DNA from: Bradymonadia bacterium
Lineage (GTDB): Bacteria > Myxococcota_A > Bradymonadia > UBA7976 > UBA1532
Reading direction: 5' to 3'
NCBI GenBank assembly: GCA_046290225.1
Contig: JBKAGE010000034.1
Coordinates: 256,001 to 320,000, forward strand
DNA length: 64,000 nt
Position 1 is the first letter of the stretch. Each line of letters begins with the position of its first letter. This document shows, piece after piece, positions 8,815 through 17,065 of this stretch. The notes under the pieces were generated by a model. It did no database searches. It was not told where the DNA came from and saw only the letters and a program-made list of their open reading frames with translations. The translations under genes were made by a program, and so were the position numbers.

Positions 8815-9929
8815 AGTGGCTCAACCTCCTCGTCGATCGGCGGGTGGCCCTCCTCGTGGGTGGGTCCGCTCTGCTGCTCGACTTGCTCTCCAAAGAGCTG
8901 GTGACCACCCTGCTGCCCGAGGGCAGCCAGGTCACCGCCGGGCCGCTGATGATTCAGCACGCCCGGAACCCGGGCGTGGCCCTGGGCACCTTTGGTGGGC
9001 TCTCCGAGGGGGTGCGCATGTCGCTCGTGGTGGTGGGCATGCTGGTGGCGCTCTTCGTGGCCCTGCCCTGGCTCGCCCGACGTCTGCGGGCGGGGGCGCT
9101 GAAGCAGACCGCCGTGGCCCTGGTGATCACCGGCGCCATCGGCAACTTCGCCGATCGGCTGCGCTACGGCTCAGTCATCGACTTCATCGGTCTCGATCCG
9201 GCGCTGGGTATCCCTTCTCCGGTGTTCAACCTCGCCGACGTAGCCATCGTCGTCGGCGCGGCGCTGTTGCTGTGGGGCCCCAAGCGCACGGGGCCTGGCC
9301 GCGGCCAGCCGCTGCCTCAGGATTCGTGGCCGGGCATTTCGGAGAGCAATCCCGGTACTCAAGACTCTTCCTGGACGATCATCGCCGTGCGCCGCGCCCC
9401 CACCAAAGAGGTGGTGGCCTCGTCGATCAAGCTGCTGGGCGTGCTGCTCGCGGTCAGCGTGGCCCTCGGCGCCCCCAAGGCTCAGGCGCAGGGCGACGCT
9501 CAGGCAGGCCAGGTGGCCTCGATGAACGCCCAGATGCGCATGATCCGGCAGGCCGTGCAGGCCTACCACCTGCAGCACAAGCGTCACCCCGAGCAGCTCG
9601 AGGCCCTCGCCTCGCCGCCGGAGGGTCAACCATTTCTGAAAGCCCAGCACCTGATCGACCCGTGGGGCATCCCCTACACGTACCAGGTCCGTGGCGAAGC
9701 CCTCGACATCATCAGCGCCGGACACGATGGCAAGCTCGGCTCCGACGACGACGTGATGCTCGTGGGCAACACCTTGAAGCACCAGGGCCCCATCGACTTC
9801 AGCCCGCGCCCCGCCCCCAAGAAGAGCAACACCCTGCCCCTGGCCCTCATCGGGGGCTTCACCGTGGTGTCTCTCGTGGCCTGGCGCATGCTGCTGGCGA
9901 AGAAAGCGAAGGCCGATGCCCTGGCTTGA
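8811..9929 (+). CDS. lspA: Lipoprotein signal peptidase II fused to a GspG-type pseudopilin head with a C-terminal TM anchor
   Basis: TTG start overlapping the gspF stop. LspA motifs DLLSK, NPGVALG, GAIGNFADR, GSVIDF, VFNLAD. Then a hydrophobic segment ending AQA-Q, a GspG head (IDPWGIPYTY…IISAGHDGKLGSDDD) and a TM helix with a basic tail. Confidence 0.85.
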   Translation: MKWLNLLVDRRVALLVGGSALLLDLLSKELVTTLLPEGSQVTAGPLMIQHARNPGVALGTFGGLSEGVRMSLVVVGMLVALFVALPWLARRLRAGALKQTAVALVITGAIGNFADRLRYGSVIDFIGLDPALGIPSPVFNLADVAIVVGAALLLWGPKRTGPGRGQPLPQDSWPGISESNPGTQDSSWTIIAVRRAPTKEVVASSIKLLGVLLAVSVALGAPKAQAQGDAQAGQVASMNAQMRMIRQAVQAYHLQHKRHPEQLEALASPPEGQPFLKAQHLIDPWGIPYTYQVRGEALDIISAGHDGKLGSDDDVMLVGNTLKHQGPIDFSPRPAPKKSNTLPLALIGGFTVVSLVAWRMLLAKKAKADALA

Positions 9930-9962
9930 TCATCTCTGCTCGGCGCGCCACCTCTCAGAGGC

Positions 9963-10026
9963 GGCGATTCTGGCAACTGAACCCCGCCAAACTGACACAT
10001 GCCCTCGCATTCACGTCAATTTGGCA
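9963..10026. promoter_or_regulatory. Putative regulator boxes upstream of gspG
   Basis: CGCCA-AAC-TGACA (9985-9997), CGTCA-ATT-TGGCA (10014-10026) and GGCGA-TTC-TGGCA (9963-9975) resemble the boxes at 881-937. They sit in an AT-richer 206-bp gap. Confidence 0.45.
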
Positions 10027-10135
10027 AAGCGAACCATCTGATATCAAAAGAGGAATCAACATCCTCTCCCAAGCGATTGAGTCCAGTGAGAACGGGGCGG
10101 AGCACCTCACATCACTGGGCCAGAAGGAGGTAACC

Positions 10136-10612
10136 ATGAACTTCAATCGGTCCCGTTGGGCACGTCTTCTCCCCCAGCGCACTGCTGCGCGTCTGCAGGC
10201 TCGTCAGGGCGAGGCCCCCATGGCCGCCCGTCGTCGCCAGAAGGGTATGACCCTCCTGGAGATCATGATCGTGATCACCCTCATCGGGGTGGTCATGGCG
10301 GTGGTGGTGACCAACGTCATCGGCGCCGGCGACAACGCCAAGATCTCCGCGGCGAAGACCAAGATGCAGAGCATCAAGCAGCAGGTGGACATGTACTACA
10401 CGATGTTCGACGAGTACCCGGACAACCTCCAGGCCCTCGTCAAGCCCCCCGCTGGTCGCAAGCCCCTCATGAACAAGAACGGGCTCAAGGACCCCTGGGG
10501 CAAGAAGTTCAACTACAGCAACCGCGATGGCGACATCCAGCTCAGCAGCTCGGGCCCCGACCGCAAGGAAGGCACCCAGGATGACATCAAGTTCGGCGGT
10601 GAGGAGCAATAA
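10136..10612 (+). CDS. gspG: Major pseudopilin GspG
   Basis: Strong RBS AAGGAGG before ATG 10136 (3' part of the 8768..10612 ORF). Prepilin site KG|MTLLE, KDPWGKKFNY and the C-terminal SSGPDRKEGTQDD loop. Confidence 0.9.
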   Translation: MNFNRSRWARLLPQRTAARLQARQGEAPMAARRRQKGMTLLEIMIVITLIGVVMAVVVTNVIGAGDNAKISAAKTKMQSIKQQVDMYYTMFDEYPDNLQALVKPPAGRKPLMNKNGLKDPWGKKFNYSNRDGDIQLSSSGPDRKEGTQDDIKFGGEEQ

Positions 10613-10703
10613 AGGCCTGAGATAGGCCCCTGGGGCCCTCTGCGTCGAACGCGCGCCATCGTTTCACACATCCGCAGTGTGCGGATAGAGGAGGAAGCAG
10701 GAG

Positions 10704-11123
10704 ATGGGCAGGTTCAACACGCAGAGGCGCCTCGACGCGAGGAAGCGGCATCCCAAGGGATACAGCTTGATCGAGATCCTGGTGGTCATCTCACTCATCG
10801 GTGTGGTGATGGCCATCACAGTGACCAACGTGATCTCGCTGATCGATGAGGCGAACATCAAGGCCACAAAGGTCAAAATCAAGCAGGTGGCTGACCAGGT
10901 GGTCCAACACCGGGTCATTCACGACGAGTACCCCGGGCGCCTGGAAGACAAGGTGCGCCGCCCGAACGGGCGATCCGGGCCGATGAAGGCCGACGCGCTC
11001 AAGGACGCCTGGAAAAACCCCTGGGCATACAAGAGCGGCGAGCGTGACTTTGATTTGAGCAGCGCCGGGGTCGATGAAGACCACGGTACTGAAGACGACA
11101 TTCACCACGACGAGGACACCTGA
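10704..11123 (+). CDS. gspG: Second GspG-like pseudopilin
   Basis: RBS AGGAG. KG|YSLIE prepilin site, an N-terminal helix similar to the preceding GspG, KDAWKNPWAY and SAGVDEDHGTEDD. Confidence 0.85.
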   Translation: MGRFNTQRRLDARKRHPKGYSLIEILVVISLIGVVMAITVTNVISLIDEANIKATKVKIKQVADQVVQHRVIHDEYPGRLEDKVRRPNGRSGPMKADALKDAWKNPWAYKSGERDFDLSSAGVDEDHGTEDDIHHDEDT

Positions 11124-11129
11124 ACGCTC

Positions 11130-11315
11130 ATGATCGCTCTTGGCTCCACGACAGCTCGACTTCAGCCTGCGGGGTTCGGATTCCTCGATCTGCTGGTCTG
11201 GCTGACGGTGCTGGTGATCATCGGCACCATCATCCTGTCGTTGACCACCGACGGCTCCAACACGTCCGAGGATCCGCGCCTCGACGCAACCACTCAAGGA
11301 GCCGCGGCTCAATGA
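11130..11315 (+). CDS. Small prepilin-like membrane protein with no globular head
   Basis: 61 aa, AG|FGFLDLLVWLTVLVIIGTIILSL. Starts 6 nt after the previous stop, and its stop overlaps the gspH ATG. Confidence 0.6.
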   Translation: MIALGSTTARLQPAGFGFLDLLVWLTVLVIIGTIILSLTTDGSNTSEDPRLDATTQGAAAQ

Positions 11316-11983
11316 CCCCCGCCCCCACCATACTTCGACGGCAGCCCCGTGGGCTGACCCTGCTCGAGGTGCTCATCGTGCTCTCGCTGATGGCTGTGGC
11401 CATCGGCATCGCCGTGGGCAATCTCAGCGGGGCCAGCAGCATGCGGCTGCGGACGGAGACCAACAAGGTGGCGGCGGCGGTGCGCTATGCCTACAACCGC
11501 TCTTCGGCGCTTGGCCTGTACATGCGCATGGTCATCGACATGGACGCCCACAGCTACTGGGTCGAGTCGTCTGATCAGCCCAACTTCCTCACGAAAGACA
11601 AGCGCCAGCAGGGCGACGATCCCGAGGCAGAGGAAGCAGAGAAGATCGCCGAAGAGCAAGAGGACGGGGTCTCTCAGAAGTACAAGACCCGGGCGCGGTT
11701 CAGCACCGACGAGGTGATCCCCAAGGTCACCTTCGAGAAGGGCATCAAGTTCGGCGGGGTGATGACCTCGAGCCAGGATGATGTCTTCGAGCAGGGCCGG
11801 GCCTACATCCACTTCTTCCCCAACGGGTTCGTGGAGCCCTCGATCATCTACACTGTCTACGAAGACGAGTACTACACGCTGCAGGTGAACCCGCTCACCG
11901 GGAAGGTGACCCGCAAGGCCGGGCGCATCGATCCCGACAGCAACTTCGGCGAGCCTGAGGACGTCGAGGAGGAGGGCCGATGA
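11312..11983 (+). CDS. gspH: Minor pseudopilin GspH
   Basis: RG|LTLLEVLIV prepilin site, IHFFPNG motif, position in operon. Confidence 0.85.
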   Translation: MTPAPTILRRQPRGLTLLEVLIVLSLMAVAIGIAVGNLSGASSMRLRTETNKVAAAVRYAYNRSSALGLYMRMVIDMDAHSYWVESSDQPNFLTKDKRQQGDDPEAEEAEKIAEEQEDGVSQKYKTRARFSTDEVIPKVTFEKGIKFGGVMTSSQDDVFEQGRAYIHFFPNGFVEPSIIYTVYEDEYYTLQVNPLTGKVTRKAGRIDPDSNFGEPEDVEEEGR

Positions 11984-12627
11984 TCGCGTCTTTCCGTCGT
12001 GCACGGCGGGCCCGAGGCTTCACCCTGCTCGAGGTCATGATGGCCATGGCCATCCTCGCGGTGTCGCTCTCCGCCCTGGTGGGGCACCAGTCCGTGGCGA
12101 TTCAGATGTCGGACTACAGCAACAAGGCCAGCCAGGCCACCTACCTCGCCGAGGGCAAGCTCCTCGACGTGGAAGACCAGATGTTGCGCGACTCCATGGA
12201 CGTGCTCGACAACTGCGATCAGGGGGACTTCCGCCGAGAGGGGCTCAAGCGCTTCAAGTGGAAGGCCTGCGGCTACAAGCTGGAGATCCAGGACGGCACC
12301 GCCGAAGCCCTCACCGAGAAGTTCATGGCTCTGCTCGGCGGCCTCGGTGGTGGTTTGCCCGGCGGCCTCGGCGACGCCGCAGGTGGCATCGCCGCCAACC
12401 CCAACGTACAAGGGCAGCTCGCCCTCGCCGTGGGCCTGTTGCCCACCATCATCGGCCAGCTCGAAGACAAGATTCGCAAGGTGCGCGTCGAGGTCAACTG
12501 GACCGATCAGACCGGCGATCACGTCATCACCCTCGAGCGCTTCGTCACCTCGCTGGGCATGCCCGCCTCGGGCACACCGCCGCCAGCAGATGGTGAGGTC
12601 GTCGCCCCCCTGGAGCAGCCCCAATGA
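11980..12627 (+). CDS. gspI: Minor pseudopilin GspI
   Basis: RG|FTLLEVMMAMAIL, ATYLAEGKL, IRKVRVEVNW. ATGA-coupled between gspH and gspJ. Confidence 0.85.
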   Translation: MIASFRRARRARGFTLLEVMMAMAILAVSLSALVGHQSVAIQMSDYSNKASQATYLAEGKLLDVEDQMLRDSMDVLDNCDQGDFRREGLKRFKWKACGYKLEIQDGTAEALTEKFMALLGGLGGGLPGGLGDAAGGIAANPNVQGQLALAVGLLPTIIGQLEDKIRKVRVEVNWTDQTGDHVITLERFVTSLGMPASGTPPPADGEVVAPLEQPQ

Positions 12628-13421
12628 CACGCTACGCTCACAGACGCGTGGCGCCCAAGGGGTTCACGCTGCTCGAGGCCCTCGTGGCCCTGGCCATCCT
12701 CGGATCCATCGGGGCGTTGCTCTATCGGAGCATGTCCACCTCGTTCCGGGCCAAGGCCTGGGTGAGCGAGGTGAACGATCGCTATCACGAGGGCCGGCAG
12801 GTGATGAACCGCATCACCTCCGAGCTGCGCATGGCCTTCCTGACCTTCGAGGTGCCAGAGCAGCTGCGGGAAGAAAACCCCGCGGTGCTCACCCGCTTCG
12901 AGGGCAGCGAAGATCAGATCCACTTCGCCTCGACCTCTCACCTGCGCCTCGTGGCCAACGCCCGCGAGTCGGATCAGGCTGAGATCGGCTACTTCCTGAA
13001 GAATAACAACCGCCGCGACTCCAAATATCGAGGCAAGACGCTGTTCCGCAGGGAGAGCAAGCGCCTCGACGACAAGTACGACAAGGGCGGCAGCATCTGG
13101 CCCGTGGTCGATGGTGTACGGGTGTTCAAGCTCGAGTACTGGGACGAGACAAAGGCCATCGGCGACGACGCCTGGCAAAGCGACTGGGACACCCAGAGCG
13201 ACGATCAAGATCTGCTGCCCTCGCGCATCCGCATCACCCTGGAGCTGGACTCCGGTGACGAGCGGCCGCCGATCCGCTTCGTGGCCCAAGCAGCGCCCCG
13301 GCTGCGGCGCCCCATCGCCGCCATCGACAGCTTCGTGCCTCAGCGGGCGATCCGAAATGCCGCTCAGGAGCAGCTCGACAACGCCGCTGATCCGGCCAAC
13401 CCCCCGAACCTGAGGCGATGA
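12624..13421 (+). CDS. gspJ: Minor pseudopilin GspJ
   Basis: KG|FTLLEALVALAIL, EIGYFL, LFRRE, WQSDWD, LPSRIRITL. Confidence 0.88.
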   Translation: MTRYAHRRVAPKGFTLLEALVALAILGSIGALLYRSMSTSFRAKAWVSEVNDRYHEGRQVMNRITSELRMAFLTFEVPEQLREENPAVLTRFEGSEDQIHFASTSHLRLVANARESDQAEIGYFLKNNNRRDSKYRGKTLFRRESKRLDDKYDKGGSIWPVVDGVRVFKLEYWDETKAIGDDAWQSDWDTQSDDQDLLPSRIRITLELDSGDERPPIRFVAQAAPRLRRPIAAIDSFVPQRAIRNAAQEQLDNAADPANPPNLRR

Positions 13422-14785
13422 TGATGCCCACGACCCATACCCGACCCCGGGGGCCCAGAGGTGTGGCCATGGTCATGGTGCTCGTCGCCGTGCTCATCCT
13501 CACGCTGGTGCTGCTCGAGTTCTCCAAGACCAGCCGCACCCACCTCAACCAGGGGGTAAACGTCCGCGACACCGTGCGGGCCAATGTCATCGCCGAGACC
13601 GGCATGGTGCTCACCCGAGCCTGCCTCGATCCGAGCATCTGGGGCCCCATGGCGGGCCAGATGGCCAAGATGGATATGCAGAAGGTCTGCAACCTGCTGC
13701 TCGGGGTGTTCCTCGCCGGCCGGGTCGATCTGCCCGTAGGCGGGCTCTCGGTCGAACTCGAAGGCATCGACAACCTCGGCATCGGCAAGGGCGGCCTCGA
13801 AGAGATGGAGCTGGTGCCCGAGGAGTCGTTCATCGGCCTCGCGGGCATGTACTGCCCCAACAACCAGCAGACCGGGGCCCCTGATCTCAACTGCACCTCG
13901 CGCATCCAGACTGCGGGCAAGCTCCGCAGCATCTTGTGCGACCCTGACATTGCTCACGTCTTCGAGAATGAGCAGGAAGACGGCAAGCGCTACACCCGGT
14001 GGGACATCATCACCAACATCGCCGACTGGATGGATCGCGACGACAACCGCATGCAGTTCGACCCGCTCACCGGGCAGTTCATCCAGGGCGCCGGTGAGGG
14101 CGAAGACTCGTATTACGGCGACTCGGACGACCGCTACCGGGCCAAGGACGCCCCCCTCGACAGCATCGAGGAGCTGCGGTTGATCCGGGGCATCAACGAT
14201 GATCTGTTCAACTTCTTGAAAGACCGGGTGAGCGTGCACGCCCGGGAGAAGGTGAACGTACAGACGGCGAGCCGTGACATCTTCGAAGCCCTGCTCCGGG
14301 CCAACGCCCCGGCTTTCCAGGTCATCGAGAACAACTCGTGCGGCGAAGAGACCAGCGGCACGCCCCAAGATCAGATGGATCAGGCCCTCACGATGTACGC
14401 AGATCTCATCGTGAAGGCCCGTGACGACTACGCGTTCCAACGGATGATGTCCGGGAACTTCTTCGGCAACACGTTCAGGAACAATCAGGACTTTCTGCGG
14501 ATCGCGCAAGATCCGCTGGCGAGCCTGATGAACGGGCAAATGGCCCAGTTCAACCCGGCCATGATGCAGCAGTACCTCGCCCTGTCACAGGATCCGACGT
14601 ACGCCATCTTGCGCGGACAGGTCATCAACTGGCAGCAGCTCGCTCAAGGCGTCACCGTTCGGGTGGCCGAGCGCATGTTCCGGTTGAACATCAAGGCCCG
14701 GGTGGGGAACATCTCGCGGCGCGTCATGGCGGTCTTGAAGCAAGACGGCCCCGTGGTGCGTACGCTTTATTATCGGGAGGACTAG
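13418..14785 (+). CDS. gspK: Minor pseudopilin GspK
   Basis: RG|VAMVMVL (no E5, typical of K), IADWMDRD, LDSIEELRLIRGI, KVNVQTA. Confidence 0.9.
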   Translation: MMMPTTHTRPRGPRGVAMVMVLVAVLILTLVLLEFSKTSRTHLNQGVNVRDTVRANVIAETGMVLTRACLDPSIWGPMAGQMAKMDMQKVCNLLLGVFLAGRVDLPVGGLSVELEGIDNLGIGKGGLEEMELVPEESFIGLAGMYCPNNQQTGAPDLNCTSRIQTAGKLRSILCDPDIAHVFENEQEDGKRYTRWDIITNIADWMDRDDNRMQFDPLTGQFIQGAGEGEDSYYGDSDDRYRAKDAPLDSIEELRLIRGINDDLFNFLKDRVSVHAREKVNVQTASRDIFEALLRANAPAFQVIENNSCGEETSGTPQDQMDQALTMYADLIVKARDDYAFQRMMSGNFFGNTFRNNQDFLRIAQDPLASLMNGQMAQFNPAMMQQYLALSQDPTYAILRGQVINWQQLAQGVTVRVAERMFRLNIKARVGNISRRVMAVLKQDGPVVRTLYYRED

Positions 14786-14789
14786 CGCG

Positions 14790-16397
14790 ATGGCCACCAA
14801 GGTGATCGGCCTCGACTTGGGCACTCACACCGTGAAGGTCGCCGAGCTCGTGACGGCGTTTCGCACCCAGGAGTGGGTGGGTTTCGGCACCGAGCCTGTA
14901 GAGACCGAGGGTGACGGCCCGCCCACCATGGAAGAGATCGTCATGGCCGCCCGGCGCCTCCTGGAGCGTCGGGGGCTGCTGGGCGAGACCATCATCACCT
15001 CCCTGCCCTCGGAGGCGGTGTCCACGGTGAGCCTGGACTTCCCCTTCGATCAGCCCAAGAAGATCGAGCAGGTGCTGCCGTTCCAGCTCGAAGAGGTGAT
15101 CCCCCTCGACATCGAAGATGTCGTCTGGGACTACCAGATCGTGAAGAAGACCGAGGAGGGGGCCGCTCGTGTGCTGGTGGCCTACGTCAAAGAGACCCTC
15201 TTCGCGCGGTTCCTCGAGACCATGCAGGCCGTGGATCTCGACCCCAAGGTGGTGGGGGTGGGTCCCCTCACCTTCTACAACCTGTACGACGCCCTGCTCG
15301 GCGAGCACGCCACGGCCCCCACGGCGATCCTCGACCTGGGCCACGCCCACTCCGAGCTGGTGATCTTCGATCAGGGCCAGCCCGTGGTGGTCCGCAGCCT
15401 CTCCGGCGGCGGCCTCGACATCACCGAGGGCCTCGCCGACGCCTTCAACGTCGACATGGTCCGGGCGGAGCAGGGCAAGCACGCCGAGGCCATGGTGGGC
15501 CCGCCGGGCCAGCAGACCGACGACGGCCTGAGCCTGGACAAGCCCAACCGGCAAGAGCTCATCGTCGAGGCCTGCCGCGAGGCCATCGACGACATTTTGC
15601 GCGAGGCCCGGCGCTCCCTGGCGGCCCACTTCGACGCCACGGGTCACCAGATCGGGCAGATCTACCTCACCGGCGGCACCAGCCAGATGCCTGGCCTGCG
15701 GACCTATATCGAGAGTCAGCTCGGGGTCAACGTCGGGGTGCTCAACCCCCTCACCCTGTCGGCGAAGAAGCTGCGGGAAGAGGGCAACCGCATCCAGCCC
15801 TATGTGTCCAAGGCCATCGGCTCCGCTCTGCGCGGCGTCAGCCGGGCCCATCAGAGCCAGATCAACCTGCGCAAGGGTGACTACAGCTACACCGGTGACT
15901 TCGGCTTCTTGCGGGGCCGCATCATCAGCGTGGGCGTCTCCGTGGCCGTCATCGTCATCCTCGCCGCCATGGTGGCGGTGACGAAGAAGCGGGTGCTCGA
16001 GGCGGAGACCCTGAGCCTGCAGGCCCAGGTCGAAGCCCTGAGCATGGAGATCATGGGCGAAGAGACCGACGATCCGGATGAAGTGCTCGAGGCCATGAAC
16101 AGCAAGGCCAACAACCCCGCGGCCCTCATCCCCCAAGAGGACGCCTTCTCAGTGTTGCACGACTTCTCGCGGTTCATCGACTACAAGACCACCATCGACG
16201 TCGATCGCATGAACATCGACATCAGCAACAACCGCATCGAGATCCGAGGGCGTACGCTCTCCGCCGACGACGTGGAGGCCATCGTGGAGTCGCTGCAGAA
16301 GCACGACTGCATCAGCAAGGTCAGCAAGGACCGCAACGAGCGAACCCTCGACAACAAGACCAAGTTCACGTTGTCGATGAACATGAACTGCATCTGA
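14790..16397 (+). CDS. gspL: GspL (PilM-like actin-fold cytoplasmic domain, TM, PilN-like periplasmic domain)
   Basis: IGLDLGTHTVK, ILDLGHAHS, GGLDIT, IYLTGGTS, INLRKG, then a TM helix and a periplasmic domain. Confidence 0.88.
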   Translation: MATKVIGLDLGTHTVKVAELVTAFRTQEWVGFGTEPVETEGDGPPTMEEIVMAARRLLERRGLLGETIITSLPSEAVSTVSLDFPFDQPKKIEQVLPFQLEEVIPLDIEDVVWDYQIVKKTEEGAARVLVAYVKETLFARFLETMQAVDLDPKVVGVGPLTFYNLYDALLGEHATAPTAILDLGHAHSELVIFDQGQPVVVRSLSGGGLDITEGLADAFNVDMVRAEQGKHAEAMVGPPGQQTDDGLSLDKPNRQELIVEACREAIDDILREARRSLAAHFDATGHQIGQIYLTGGTSQMPGLRTYIESQLGVNVGVLNPLTLSAKKLREEGNRIQPYVSKAIGSALRGVSRAHQSQINLRKGDYSYTGDFGFLRGRIISVGVSVAVIVILAAMVAVTKKRVLEAETLSLQAQVEALSMEIMGEETDDPDEVLEAMNSKANNPAALIPQEDAFSVLHDFSRFIDYKTTIDVDRMNIDISNNRIEIRGRTLSADDVEAIVESLQKHDCISKVSKDRNERTLDNKTKFTLSMNMNCI

Positions 16398-16410
16398 GGG
16401 AGAGATCGTC

Positions 16411-17028
16411 ATGGCAGCACAAGGGCGCATGGCCCGTATGTTCGAGGCCTTCGACCGACTCTCCACCCGAGAGAAGGTCCTGGTCTCTGGTCTGGTGGTG
16501 GGCCTGCTCGCCACCCTCATGGTGGTGGTCTGGATGGTGATCAACCGCCAGATCGAAGAGCTGGAGATCGCCAACGAGGCCACCCGGGAGAGCATCGAAG
16601 AGATCCAAATGGCCAAACAGTCGTTCATGGCCAGCAAGGCGGAGCTCGCCGAGTCTCAGGCCCAGCTCGAGAACAACACGATCAAGCTGGTCCGCGTGAT
16701 GGAGAAGGAGGCAAAGGCCCTCGACATCCGCATCCAGAACTTCAAGGAGAACCGCCGCCCGCTGACGGAGAACTACCGTCTGGCCAAGAAGAACAAAGAC
16801 GGCAAGAAGAGCAAGGGCGTGAAAGATCTCGTAGAGGAGAGCCAGACGGTGACTCTCAAGAAGATCAGCCTGGACCAGCTCTCGAAGTTCATGCGGGCTC
16901 TGGAGCAGCAAAAGGCCCCGGTGCGGGTGACTCAGCTGTCGGTGAACACCTCGCTGAGCAACCGCCAGGAGCTGCGCGAGGTGAAGCTCACCGTAGCGAC
17001 GTATCGCATGGAAGTGGTGGAGAACTGA
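16411..17028 (+). CDS. gspM: GspM
   Basis: LSTREKVL followed by a TM helix, coiled coil and C-terminal ferredoxin-like strands (VTLKKISLDQLSKFMRALE). Confidence 0.85.
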   Translation: MAAQGRMARMFEAFDRLSTREKVLVSGLVVGLLATLMVVVWMVINRQIEELEIANEATRESIEEIQMAKQSFMASKAELAESQAQLENNTIKLVRVMEKEAKALDIRIQNFKENRRPLTENYRLAKKNKDGKKSKGVKDLVEESQTVTLKKISLDQLSKFMRALEQQKAPVRVTQLSVNTSLSNRQELREVKLTVATYRMEVVEN

Positions 17029-17065
17029 TGTTGGCTCTCTACACCGATGGCAGCGAGGGGGCAGC

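Noticed and set aside
9800..9929. C-terminal TM plus basic tail as a GlyGly-CTERM or MYXO-CTERM sorting signal
   Set aside because: There is no GG or Cys signature before the TM and no sortase-like gene in the window, so it is treated as a plain anchor.
10040..10066. IHF-like sites (TATCAA, AATCAA) before gspG
   Set aside because: Both lack the TTR half of WATCAA-N4-TTR and are too weak to call.
8768..10135. 5' extension of the 614-aa ORF 8768..10612, which would make a giant GspG
   Set aside because: The upstream part is Arg/Pro/Gly-rich off-frame sequence overlapping the LspA fusion. A strong RBS precedes ATG 10136.
14790..16397. PilM-like gene suggesting a type IV pilus locus
   Set aside because: The presence of gspC, gspK and gspN, GspG-type heads and no PilT indicate a T2SS. 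The gene is read as gspL.
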